This document shows, in pieces, positions 38,222 to 47,046 of a stretch of 64,000 nt of DNA. Within the stretch, counting starts at the first letter, position 1. Each line of letters opens with the position of its first letter. The notes beneath the pieces are model-generated. The model had not been told where the DNA came from. It searched no databases and was given only the letters and a program-made list of their open reading frames with translations. Position numbers and translations under genes: made by a program. This stretch comes from an uncultured Patescibacteria group bacterium (GTDB taxonomy: Bacteria > Patescibacteriota > Patescibacteriia > UBA2591 > CALHIP01). Where the stretch lies: contig CALHIP010000008.1 in the NCBI GenBank assembly GCA_938030745.1, positions 2,297 through 66,296 on the forward strand, in the 5' to 3' direction.

Positions 38222-39967
38222 CTACATTCTCTCTAATGTTTCAATTCCTAACAAGTTAAGCCCCTTTTTTAAAACTTGCCCAATTGCTTCAATTAAAGCT
38301 AATCTTGCCTCTTTTATTTTTTTTGGATTTTTCAAAACTGGATATCGATGATAAAAAGTATTAAAAGTTTGCCCTAATTTTAAAAGATAATTTGCTAAAT
38401 AAGAGGGATTATAGAAGAAAATTGATTTTTCTAAAACTTCAGGAAAATCAAAAAGTAATCTTAAGAGTTCTATTTCTTCTTGTTCTTTCAACATTGAGTA
38501 GTCAATTGTTTTAAATTTCAAGCTTAAGATTTTTGATTTTTTAAATATTCCTTTAATTCTGGCATAAGTATATAAAAGATAGGGTCCTGTTGCTCCTTCA
38601 AAAGAAATCTCTTTTTCCGGATCATAGTTAATATTTTCAGATGGAGAAAATTTAAGAAAGAAAAACTTTAAAGATGCTAAAGCGATTTTTTCTGCTCTTT
38701 CTTCTAATTCAGAAGGTAAAATATCCTTTTCTCTTTTTAAAATTTCACCTTTAGCTATTTTTTTAACCTCGGAAAGAAGATCGTCAATTTCAACAACTTT
38801 TCCTTCTCTTGATTTCATTCTGCCAGCAGGTAGAAAAACTAAACCATAAGAAAGATGATAACAATTTTTTACCCAATCAAATCCAAAAATTTCTAAAATT
38901 TTAAATAAAACTTTAAAGTAATTTTCTTGTTCTGAGCCAACAACATAAATAGATAAATCAGGTTTAAATTCATCATATTTTAATTTAGCCAGCCCAATAT
39001 CTTGAGTGATATAAATACTTGTTCCATCAGCTCTGATTAAGACTTTTTTTCCTAAATTATAATTTGTTAAATCAATTTCGATTGCTCCATCTTCTCTTTT
39101 ATAGCAGAGATTATTTTCTAAAGCCTTTAAGACAATTTCTTTACCAAGTTTATAAATCTCACTTTCATAATACCATTTATCAAATTCAATACCTAATTTT
39201 CTATAAGTTTCTTTAAATCCATCGATTGCCCAGCTATTCATTTTTTGCCAAAGCTGCCAGACTTCTTGATTTCCTTCTTCCCATTTTCTTAACATCTCAT
39301 GAGCTTCATCTAAAAGATGTGGGTTTTCTTTAACTTTTTCACCAAAAAGAGTATAAAATTTTCCAACAAAATAATCACCTTTCATTTTCTCAGTTTCTGG
39401 TGTTTTACCTTCACCCCATTTTTGATAAGCCAACATTGATTTGGTAATATGGATTCCTCGGTCATTAATTAAATTTGCTCTGATAACCTTATAGCCAAAA
39501 TTTTTAAATAAATTAGCTAAACTCATTCCTAAAAGATTATTTCTTAAAATACCTAGATGTTGTGGTTTATTAGTATTTGGTGATGAAAACTCTATTATTA
39601 CTGTTTTGCCCTCGCCTATCTTTGACGAAGCATAATTTTCTTTTTCCTCTAAGATTTCGTTTAAAACTAAAGAAAAAAATTTTTCTTTATTGAAGAAAAA
39701 ATTTAGATAGGGACCAAAGGCAACAACTTTTTCAATTAATTCATTTATTTTAACTTTTGCTGATAAAATTTTAGCAACATCTTCTGGATTTTTTTTGATT
39801 TTTTCTCCTAATTTAAAACAAGCCCAACCTAAATCGCCCATTTTTATTTCTGGTGGAATTTCTAATTTAAAATCTAAATCAGTAATTATCTCTTTACCAA
39901 ATTCTTCTTCAATTACTTTTTTTAAATTAAGAATAATTGTTTCTTTAACTTGAGAAATTTTACTCAT
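38222..39967 (-). CDS. argS: Arginine--tRNA ligase
   Basis: GPYLNF, EFSSPNTNKPQHLG, RADGTSIYITQD, MKSREG, GPYLLYTYAR, LGIETLERM. Confidence 0.96.
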   Translation of the reverse strand: MSKISQVKETIILNLKKVIEEEFGKEIITDLDFKLEIPPEIKMGDLGWACFKLGEKIKKNPEDVAKILSAKVKINELIEKVVAFGPYLNFFFNKEKFFSLVLNEILEEKENYASSKIGEGKTVIIEFSSPNTNKPQHLGILRNNLLGMSLANLFKNFGYKVIRANLINDRGIHITKSMLAYQKWGEGKTPETEKMKGDYFVGKFYTLFGEKVKENPHLLDEAHEMLRKWEEGNQEVWQLWQKMNSWAIDGFKETYRKLGIEFDKWYYESEIYKLGKEIVLKALENNLCYKREDGAIEIDLTNYNLGKKVLIRADGTSIYITQDIGLAKLKYDEFKPDLSIYVVGSEQENYFKVLFKILEIFGFDWVKNCYHLSYGLVFLPAGRMKSREGKVVEIDDLLSEVKKIAKGEILKREKDILPSELEERAEKIALASLKFFFLKFSPSENINYDPEKEISFEGATGPYLLYTYARIKGIFKKSKILSLKFKTIDYSMLKEQEEIELLRLLFDFPEVLEKSIFFYNPSYLANYLLKLGQTFNTFYHRYPVLKNPKKIKEARLALIEAIGQVLKKGLNLLGIETLERM

Positions 39968-40299
39968 AAAGAAAAAATTAATATTGCTGAGATAATTAAA
40001 AAAAGATTACTTAAAAAAGATGAAAAAATTAAAAAATAATTTAAAATTTTTTCTTTAGAAAGAAAAACTATCAAGAGAAAATTAACAACTAGAATAATTA
40101 AGCCAACTAAAGGCATTTCAAAAAGATAGATTTTTTTGTCAAGACGATCAACACCAGCTAAAACAGAATAGTGGATAATAGTTATTTCTTTTAAATTTTT
40201 ATAGTTAAGATAAACGAAAAACCAGAGAAAAAGATTGAGTAAAAAAGTAATTGTGATAAAAATAAAAGCTATTTTTTCTTGTTTTAAAAATAATTCCAT
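39964..40299 (-). CDS. Small membrane protein (3 TM)
   Basis: Hydrophobic, IIHYSVLAGVD motif, overlaps the argS start. Confidence 0.7.
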   Translation of the reverse strand: MELFLKQEKIAFIFITITFLLNLFLWFFVYLNYKNLKEITIIHYSVLAGVDRLDKKIYLFEMPLVGLIILVVNFLLIVFLSKEKILNYFLIFSSFLSNLFLIISAILIFSL

Positions 40300-40355
40300 A
40301 ATTTAGATTATATCAAATTTGACAAAATTAATCAAATATGGTAATTTAAAATTGT

Positions 40356-40628
40356 ATGGCCCATAAAAAATCAGGAACATCAACAAGATTAGGAAGGGAT
40401 TCTATAGCTAAAAGATTAGGAGTTAAAATTTATCCTGGTCAAATAGCAAAAGCCGGTTCTGTTATTATTCGCCAAAGAGGAACACCGTTTCGAGCAGGAA
40501 AAAATGTCAGGAGAGGAAAAGATGATACTTTATATGCTGTCAAGGAAGGTAAGGTAAAATTTGTTTGGCGAAAAGTTCCAAGATTTACTGGTAAATTAAA
40601 ATGGACAAAATATGTGGAAGTAGAATAG
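40356..40628 (+). CDS. rpmA: 50S ribosomal protein L27
   Basis: [35 protein letters not shown]. Confidence 0.97.
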   Translation: MAHKKSGTSTRLGRDSIAKRLGVKIYPGQIAKAGSVIIRQRGTPFRAGKNVRRGKDDTLYAVKEGKVKFVWRKVPRFTGKLKWTKYVEVE

Positions 40629-40649
40629 AGATTTCTAAAATAAAATAGC

Positions 40650-41594
40650 ATGAATAAATTAGTTGTAATTTTAGGTCCAACTGCTTCAGGAAAAACTGAA
40701 TTAGCCATTAAACTGGCTAAATTTTTTAATGGTGAAATTATAAATGCTGATTCAAGACAAATCTATCGTGATATGGATATTGGTACAGGTAAACCACTCA
40801 AAACAAAAAATAAAAAACAAAAAACAAAAAATTTTATTTTGATAAATGGGATACCACATTATTTAATTGATATAGTCAGACCAAACCAGAATTTTACTGT
40901 CGCAGAGTTTAAGGAAAGAGCTATAAAAATTATTAAGGACATTCAAAAAAGGGGTAAAATTCCCTTTCTTGTTGGTGGAACAGGACTTTATATTCAAGCA
41001 GTTGTTGATAATTTTCAAATTCCAAAAGTAAAACCAGATAGAAAATTAAGAGCAAAATTAGAAAAACAAATTAAAAAAAATGGTTTAAATTGGGCTTGGC
41101 AAAAATTGTTAAAACTTGATCCAGAAGCAGAAAAATTTGTCCAAAAAGAGAATCCGCGTCGAATTATCCGTGCTTTAGAAGTTTGTTTAAAAACAAAAAA
41201 AAGATTTTCCGAATTAAGGAGAAAAGGGAAACCTCTTTTTGATGTCTTAGAAATAGGAATTAAATTACCACGGAAGATTCTTTATCAAAAAATTAATCAG
41301 CGAGTAGAAAAAATGATCAGAAATGGATTAGTTGATGAAGTAAAAAGAATATATCAGTCTCTTGATAATAAAAAAATAAATACTTTACCATCATTAAGTG
41401 GAATAGGATATAAAGAAATAATTAGTTATCTTAAAGGGAAAATCGATTTAAAAGATGCTATTGAGGAAATTAAAAAAAATACTCGCCGATTTTCTCGGCG
41501 ACAAATGACTTGGTTTAAAAAAGATAAGAGAATTGTTTGGATTAAAAATTATCAAGAAGCAAAAAAAATTATTTCCAATTTTTTAAAAAAATAG
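40650..41594 (+). CDS. miaA: tRNA dimethylallyltransferase
   Basis: GPTASGKT, NADSRQIY, DIGTGKP, VGGTGLY, RRIIRALE, IGYKE, RRQMTWF. Confidence 0.96.
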   Translation: MNKLVVILGPTASGKTELAIKLAKFFNGEIINADSRQIYRDMDIGTGKPLKTKNKKQKTKNFILINGIPHYLIDIVRPNQNFTVAEFKERAIKIIKDIQKRGKIPFLVGGTGLYIQAVVDNFQIPKVKPDRKLRAKLEKQIKKNGLNWAWQKLLKLDPEAEKFVQKENPRRIIRALEVCLKTKKRFSELRRKGKPLFDVLEIGIKLPRKILYQKINQRVEKMIRNGLVDEVKRIYQSLDNKKINTLPSLSGIGYKEIISYLKGKIDLKDAIEEIKKNTRRFSRRQMTWFKKDKRIVWIKNYQEAKKIISNFLKK

Positions 41595-41663
41595 CCTCAA
41601 CCGGATTCGAACCGGTGTTTTCGCCGTGAGAGGGCGATGTCCTAACCACTAGACGATGAGGCC
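41592..41663 (-). tRNA. tRNA-Glu(CTC)
   Basis: Reverse complement GGCCTCATCGTCTAGTGGTTAGGACATCGCC-CTCTCAC-GGCGAAAACACCGGTTCGAATCCGGTTGAGGCTA; 3' end overlaps the miaA stop codon. Confidence 0.95.
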
Positions 41664-41704
41664 ATTTTTATTTTATCAAAAATTTAAAATTTGTCTACCT
41701 TAAT

Positions 41705-42994
41705 TTATATCCAACCTTTTTCTTGTCTAACTAATAATTTTTCTGCTTTTTCTGGTTCAGCCATTATTTCTTTAATTACCTTTTCCATTCTTACTTTTTG
41801 CGAACCCTTAACTAAAATAATATCCCCATAAATAATTTTTTCTTTAAGAAATTTACCCGCTTCTTCTGAATTTTCAAACTCAAAAATTAAATCCTGATGA
41901 AAACCATTTTCTTTAGCTCCTTCAGCAATCTTTTTTGCTAAATTCCCTACTGTGATTAAAAGATCAAAATTATATTCAGTTATTTTTTTACCAATTTTAA
42001 AATGAGCTTCTTCTGCAAATTGGCCAAGTTCTAACATTTCACCTAAAACAACAATTTTTCTTCTTCCCGGTAAAGTTAAAATTTCTTTTAAAGTTTCAAG
42101 AGCAGCTTCAACTGCTTCCGGAGAAGAATTATATGAGTCATCGATAATTAAACTTTTTTTAATTCCGTTAATTAATTTCATTCTTCCTGCTAACGGTTCG
42201 AATTCTTTTAATGATTCGACAATTTCTAAAAGATTAATTCCCATTACTAAACCGACACTAATTGCTGCTAAAACGGAATAGACCTGATGACGAGCTATAA
42301 TTTTTGGCAGAAAAACAGGTATGATATTACCACGATAATTAATTTTAAATTTTAAACCATAAATTTTAATTTCTCCTCTTTCAGTAATTTCTTGATCAAG
42401 ATTTATTTCTAATCCTTTAAGATCAACTTTCCTTGTTAGACCATAGGTAAAAACTTTTGCTCGAATTTTATCTTTTATTTCTAAAATCTTCTCATCATCA
42501 CCATTTAAAATTGCCCAGCCTTGTCGTGGTAAATGGGTAACAATAATTTCTTTTTCTTTTAAAATATTTTCCAAACTTTTAAAAGCTTCCAAATGAACAG
42601 GAGCAATAGCTGTAATTACGCCAATCTGACAAGGAGCAATTTTTGTTAAATATCTTATATCACCTGGTTTATCAGCAGCCATCTCTAAAATTAAAATTTT
42701 TGGAAATTTAATAGGAAAAATAATTTCAAATAATCCTTTTAAGAAAACTTTCAACCAACCAAAAATAGACTTACCTTGACTTTCAGCATTAATAATTGTT
42801 AATGGTAAACCAATCTCATTATTATAATTTTTTGGCGAAGCACGAACAAAAAATTTTTTCTTTAAAACTAAAGCAATTGCTTCTTTAGTTGATGTTTTTC
42901 CAACACTGCCGGTAATACCAATAATAAAAGGCTTATATTTTCTAATTATTATTTTTGCTAAGAGACCTAAAATTTTTTCGATAAATTTTTTCAT
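41705..42994 (-). CDS. murF: UDP-N-acetylmuramoyl-tripeptide--D-Ala-D-Ala ligase
   Basis: ITGSVGKTSTKE, NNEIGLPLT, DDSYNSSP, LGEMLELG, LVKGSQ..RME. Confidence 0.93.
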   Translation of the reverse strand: MKKFIEKILGLLAKIIIRKYKPFIIGITGSVGKTSTKEAIALVLKKKFFVRASPKNYNNEIGLPLTIINAESQGKSIFGWLKVFLKGLFEIIFPIKFPKILILEMAADKPGDIRYLTKIAPCQIGVITAIAPVHLEAFKSLENILKEKEIIVTHLPRQGWAILNGDDEKILEIKDKIRAKVFTYGLTRKVDLKGLEINLDQEITERGEIKIYGLKFKINYRGNIIPVFLPKIIARHQVYSVLAAISVGLVMGINLLEIVESLKEFEPLAGRMKLINGIKKSLIIDDSYNSSPEAVEAALETLKEILTLPGRRKIVVLGEMLELGQFAEEAHFKIGKKITEYNFDLLITVGNLAKKIAEGAKENGFHQDLIFEFENSEEAGKFLKEKIIYGDIILVKGSQKVRMEKVIKEIMAEPEKAEKLLVRQEKGWI

Positions 42995-42996
42995 AA

Positions 42997-44739
42997 TTAT
43001 TCTTCTGTTGGTGGTATTTTATAATATTTAAGAATAAAATCAGCTAATTTAGCGAAGGTTGGAGTAGCAGTCCGATCGCTAAACCTCTCTAATTTTGGAT
43101 TATCTAATTTAACTAAAGCAACAAATCTTGGATTGTCAGCAGGAGCAAAACCACCAAAGGAGTGAATTGTCTCATCTGAATAACTACCAAAATAGGCAAT
43201 TTGAGCTGTTCCAGTTTTGCCAGCTACCAAATAGCCAGGAACAGCAGCTCTTTTTCCCCAACCATTTTTAACTACTGAAATCATTAAATCTTTTAAAATT
43301 TCTGCGGTTGAAGGAGAAATAACTTGACGAACTTCTTGTGGTTTATTTTCAAATATAATACCTTCTGAAGAAACAATTTTTTTAACTAAATATGGCCTCA
43401 TTAATTTTCCGCCATTGGCGATAACCGCTAAACCCATTGTCATCTGTAAAGGAGTAACTGCTATCCCTTGGCCAAAAGAAGCAGTTGCTAAATAAATTTC
43501 TTTATTTTCTGAAAGATTTTTAATGTCTCCCTTTGCCTCAGCTGGCAAATCAATTCCTGTTTTTTCACCAAAACCAAATTTTTTTACAAAATGACGGAAA
43601 GTATCTAAACCAACTTTCTGGGCAATAAAAATTGCTCCAGTATTAATAGATTTTTCTAAAACCTCCCTCATTGTTCTTTGACCATAAATTTTTTCACCAG
43701 CATTTTTTATAGTATAACTACCAATTTTAACAAAACCTTTATCTTCGTAAGTTGTCTCTGGAGTGATTTTTTCTTCTTCTAAACCAGCAGCAAAAGTAAT
43801 AAGTTTAAAAATTGAACCTGGCTCATATTGAAAAGAAATAGCTGAGTTTGAAAAAAGAGTAATATCTTTGACTTTGAAATATTCATTAGGATCAAAATAA
43901 GGATAATTACAGAGGGCTAAAATTGCTCCTGTCTTTGGCTCAACTACAACAACATTTCCACTTTTTGCTTTATATTTCTCAATCGCCTCTTCTAAAATCT
44001 GACATGACTTTATCTGAATTGGTCTTTCAATAGTCAAAATAATATTTGAACCATCCTTTGGTTTTTTAAAAATAATTTCTCTACTGGCAATAATTATCTC
44101 GCCAATTCCTTTTTCACCTCTAATTAATCCAGCTTTACCAGAAAGAATATCTTCATAATATTCTTCAAGACCATAGCGACCAATTTTTTTATCTCCTTTG
44201 AAACCAAAAAAACCTAAAAGATGTGAAAAATATTTACCATCAGGATAGAATCGATTTAATTTTCTTTCAAAATATATTCCTTTAATTGATTTTTTTTCAA
44301 TTTCTTCTTTCTCTTTTTCGGAAAGATCGTTTTTCAAAATTTCATAACTGTCATTTTTTTTAGAAATTTTTTCTAATATTTTTCTAAAATCTTCGTTTTT
44401 TTCATCGATAGGAATTTTTAAAACTTCGGCTAATTGAGATGCTACTTCGTACGGATTTGAAATCTGATTAGGAATTGCACAAAGATTATAAGTATAAATA
44501 TTTAAAGCAATTGGAATTTTTTCTTCTCCTTCTTCAACAAAAATTTCTCCCCTTTTAGGCTCTATTTCTTTTTCAAAAATTCTAAGATTTTTAGCTAAAA
44601 CTTTATATTTTTTACCTTCAATAATTTGGAGTTTGACCAATCTTAAAATAATAATTAGCCATAAAATAAAAAAAATAATCCCTATAAAAATAATTCTTGA
44701 AAAATTATTTTTCTTCGGCTTAGTAAGTTTAAAAACCAT
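42997..44739 (-). CDS. ftsI: Class B penicillin-binding protein (FtsI-like)
   Basis: TM helix, RGEIF, GLEEYY, EPGSIFK (SxxK), SIN (SxN), GKTGTAQ; dcw position. Confidence 0.9.
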   Translation of the reverse strand: MVFKLTKPKKNNFSRIIFIGIIFFILWLIIILRLVKLQIIEGKKYKVLAKNLRIFEKEIEPKRGEIFVEEGEEKIPIALNIYTYNLCAIPNQISNPYEVASQLAEVLKIPIDEKNEDFRKILEKISKKNDSYEILKNDLSEKEKEEIEKKSIKGIYFERKLNRFYPDGKYFSHLLGFFGFKGDKKIGRYGLEEYYEDILSGKAGLIRGEKGIGEIIIASREIIFKKPKDGSNIILTIERPIQIKSCQILEEAIEKYKAKSGNVVVVEPKTGAILALCNYPYFDPNEYFKVKDITLFSNSAISFQYEPGSIFKLITFAAGLEEEKITPETTYEDKGFVKIGSYTIKNAGEKIYGQRTMREVLEKSINTGAIFIAQKVGLDTFRHFVKKFGFGEKTGIDLPAEAKGDIKNLSENKEIYLATASFGQGIAVTPLQMTMGLAVIANGGKLMRPYLVKKIVSSEGIIFENKPQEVRQVISPSTAEILKDLMISVVKNGWGKRAAVPGYLVAGKTGTAQIAYFGSYSDETIHSFGGFAPADNPRFVALVKLDNPKLERFSDRTATPTFAKLADFILKYYKIPPTEE

Positions 44740-44741
44740 AA

Positions 44742-45104
44742 TTATTTTTTACTGACAGCTGTTTCAAATAATGGTCTAAGATAATCTACTTTCTCTGTTT
44801 TAATGAAAGATGTTAAATTTTTTTGAATAGTCTCTGATGATTCTAGTTTTATTTTTTCTAAAAGAAGAGATTTGTTAATTTTCTCTAGCTCATCTTTCTT
44901 TTTTTCTAATTCATTAAGTTTAAAACCGAGACTGACAATCTGATTCATTTGAATTAGATAAAGAATAAGAGTAATAAAAATAAGACCAAGAAGAATAATG
45001 TTTAAGATGAATGGATTTTTTAAAACAAAACCAGCAACATTTTTCTTTGACAAGAAAAGACTATTATGACGATTTAATGAAAAATTTTTTATATAAGGAG
45101 ACAT
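44742..45104 (-). CDS. FtsL-like protein
   Basis: Single TM helix plus coiled coil, located between rsmH and ftsI. Confidence 0.65.
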   Translation of the reverse strand: MSPYIKNFSLNRHNSLFLSKKNVAGFVLKNPFILNIILLGLIFITLILYLIQMNQIVSLGFKLNELEKKKDELEKINKSLLLEKIKLESSETIQKNLTSFIKTEKVDYLRPLFETAVSKK

Positions 45105-45119
45105 ATTTTATTCTAAATT

Positions 45120-46013
45120 CTAAACTATCTTAAACGCTGCTCTTAATTTTGCTGAACGAGACCGAGGATTATTTTTAATTTCTTGATTAGTTGGTCGAAC
45201 TGGCTTTTTAGTTAAAATTTTTAAAATCCCTTCTTTTGCTTTTTGACGGAAAAAATTTTTGACAATTCTATCTTCTAAAGAATGATAAGAGATGATCACT
45301 AATTTTCCATTTTTTCCTAAAACTTCAATTGTTTGAGGAAGAACTTTTTTTAAATTTTCAAGTTCATCATTAACAGCAATTCTTAGGGCTTGAAAAACTC
45401 TTGCTAAAGTTTTAAATCTAAATCGATAGACTCCAAATTTTTCCAAAACTTCATTTATTACTTCAACTAATTGTTTAGTTGTTTTAATTTTATTTTTCCG
45501 ACGCTTATCTAAGATATTTCTAACTATCGGTTTAGCAAATTTTTCTTCTCCATATTCTTTTAAAATTTTTTCTAACATTTCTTTTGGATACTGGTTAATT
45601 ATTTCAGCAGCAGTTATTCCATTTTTAGCATATCTCATATCTAAAAACTCGTCTTTCTGGAAACTAAACCCTTTTCCACTTTTTTCCAATAAATCTGTAG
45701 ACAAGCCAAGATCAATAAGAATACCAGAAATATCTTTAAAATTATATTTTTCAATGATCCTTTTTAAATTAATAAAATTTTCATTAACGAGAATTAATCT
45801 ATTCTTTATTTTTGCTTTTTTATTCTTTATTTTAGTTAATTCATCAATTGCTTCTTTTGATAAGTCAATACCCAATAGTTTTCCCTTCGGTTCTATTAAT
45901 TTTAAAATTACAAATGCATGTCCTCCACCACCAATTGTACAGTCAATAAAATTTTGATTTGGTTTTGGTGAAAGATAATTAATAACTTCTTTTAAAAGAA
46001 CAGGAATATGCAT
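45120..46013 (-). CDS. rsmH: 16S rRNA m4C1402 methyltransferase
   Basis: HIPVLLKEV, DCTIGGGGH, DLGLS, FQALRIAVN, SYHSLEDRIVK, NPRSRSAKLR. Confidence 0.97.
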   Translation of the reverse strand: MHIPVLLKEVINYLSPKPNQNFIDCTIGGGGHAFVILKLIEPKGKLLGIDLSKEAIDELTKIKNKKAKIKNRLILVNENFINLKRIIEKYNFKDISGILIDLGLSTDLLEKSGKGFSFQKDEFLDMRYAKNGITAAEIINQYPKEMLEKILKEYGEEKFAKPIVRNILDKRRKNKIKTTKQLVEVINEVLEKFGVYRFRFKTLARVFQALRIAVNDELENLKKVLPQTIEVLGKNGKLVIISYHSLEDRIVKNFFRQKAKEGILKILTKKPVRPTNQEIKNNPRSRSAKLRAAFKIV

Positions 46014-46025
46014 ATTTTATTATTT

Positions 46026-46460
46026 TTAAACTCCAATTTCTCCTAATGTCTCAGCAATATCCTTACTTTCTTTTTCAGATTGTCTTTTATATTCTTCCCA
46101 TTCTTTTTCATCCCAAATTTCTAAGCGATTATATAAACCAGCAATAACTACATTTTTTTTAATCTTAGCGTATTTTTTTAAATAATCAGGCAAAATTATT
46201 CTTCCTTGAACATCAAGTTTTACATCCATTGCTCCAGCTAGCATTAATCTGGCAAAAGCTCTTGTTTTTGCTTTGCTAATTGGCAGTTGAGATAGTTTTA
46301 AAGCTAATTTTTCCCATTCATCTTTAGAATAAAGGAAAAGACAATTATCAATTCCTCTTGTTACTACTACTCCCTTTTTTAAATTTAACCGAAATTTTGG
46401 TGGTATAGACAACCTTGATTTTTCATCTAATTTGTAGTGATACTCACCTATAAAAGGCAT
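46026..46460 (-). CDS. mraZ: Division/cell wall cluster transcriptional repressor MraZ
   Basis: FIGEYH.KLDEKSRLSIP, RGIDNCL, DVQGRIILP, RLEIWD. Confidence 0.96.
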   Translation of the reverse strand: MPFIGEYHYKLDEKSRLSIPPKFRLNLKKGVVVTRGIDNCLFLYSKDEWEKLALKLSQLPISKAKTRAFARLMLAGAMDVKLDVQGRIILPDYLKKYAKIKKNVVIAGLYNRLEIWDEKEWEEYKRQSEKESKDIAETLGEIGV

Positions 46461-46508
46461 AGTAATTTTCTAAATTACATAATTTTCCACAAAAACCGAG
46501 ATTTTTCC

Positions 46509-46562
46509 CCACATTTATCCACAATTTTACACTTAAATACACTATAAACCATTTTTCTCCAC
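46509..46562 (-). promoter_or_regulatory. MraZ-binding repeat array
   Basis: Six GTGG/GTGT/ATGG cores at exact 10-bp spacing (plus-strand starts 46509, 46519, 46529, 46539, 46549, 46559). Confidence 0.8.
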
Positions 46563-46577
46563 TAATCAACTTAATTC

Positions 46578-46597
46578 TGTGGATATTTTGTGGATAA
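46578..46597 (-). promoter_or_regulatory. Two DnaA-box-like sites upstream of mraZ
   Basis: TGTGGATAT (46578-46586) and TGTGGATAA (46589-46597); another TTATCCACA at 46515-46523. Confidence 0.55.
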
Positions 46598-46650
46598 AAA
46601 AATTAACCCTTTAAAGGTTTAACTTTTACTTAAGTTAATACACTTATTTA

Positions 46651-47043
46651 TCAGATCTTTTTCTTTCTACTTATAGTAATATTTGGTTCTTTATCATAAA
46701 TCGGTAAAATTATTTTTTTCTTTAATTTTTTTATCCCTATTTTGATTGCCTCTTTTATTGTTTTTATTTTGTTAATCTTTACTAAACTTAATGGAATATT
46801 TAAAAATCTACCAAAAATATTAGTCATCGTTATTATTTTTCTTGATTGAGTAAAAGACAAAGAATTAGAAATAATAATTACACCTTGAAAGTCTTTAATT
46901 TTTATTTTATATTTTTTTATAATTTTTGCTATAATCTTTAAGAAATTATCTCTTTCATCTTTTAATAGAAAAGAAATAAGTTTTTCTTTTTTGACTAAAA
47001 TTATAGAATGTGGTAAAATTCCCTTGTTGATAACTAAATACAT
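46651..47043 (-). CDS. tsaB: Short TsaB/YeaZ-like protein
   Basis: LKIIAKII..IKDFQGVIII..SFTQSR (degenerate GSFTGxR), NIFG..LNIPL, C-terminal ILPIYDKEPNIT. Confidence 0.65.
   Translation of the reverse strand: MYLVINKGILPHSIILVKKEKLISFLLKDERDNFLKIIAKIIKKYKIKIKDFQGVIIISNSLSFTQSRKIITMTNIFGRFLNIPLSLVKINKIKTIKEAIKIGIKKLKKKIILPIYDKEPNITISRKKKI
46991..47019 (+). promoter_or_regulatory. sigma70 promoter inside the tsaB-like ORF driving the 47047 gene
   Basis: TTGACT, 17 bp, TAAAAT with an extended TG. Confidence 0.65.
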
Positions 47044-47046
47044 ATT

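Noticed and set aside
46487-46600. oriC at the DnaA-box cluster
   Set aside because: Only three boxes, no dnaA/dnaN nearby, the 10-bp-phased repeats are better explained by MraZ, and the window looks terminus-like.
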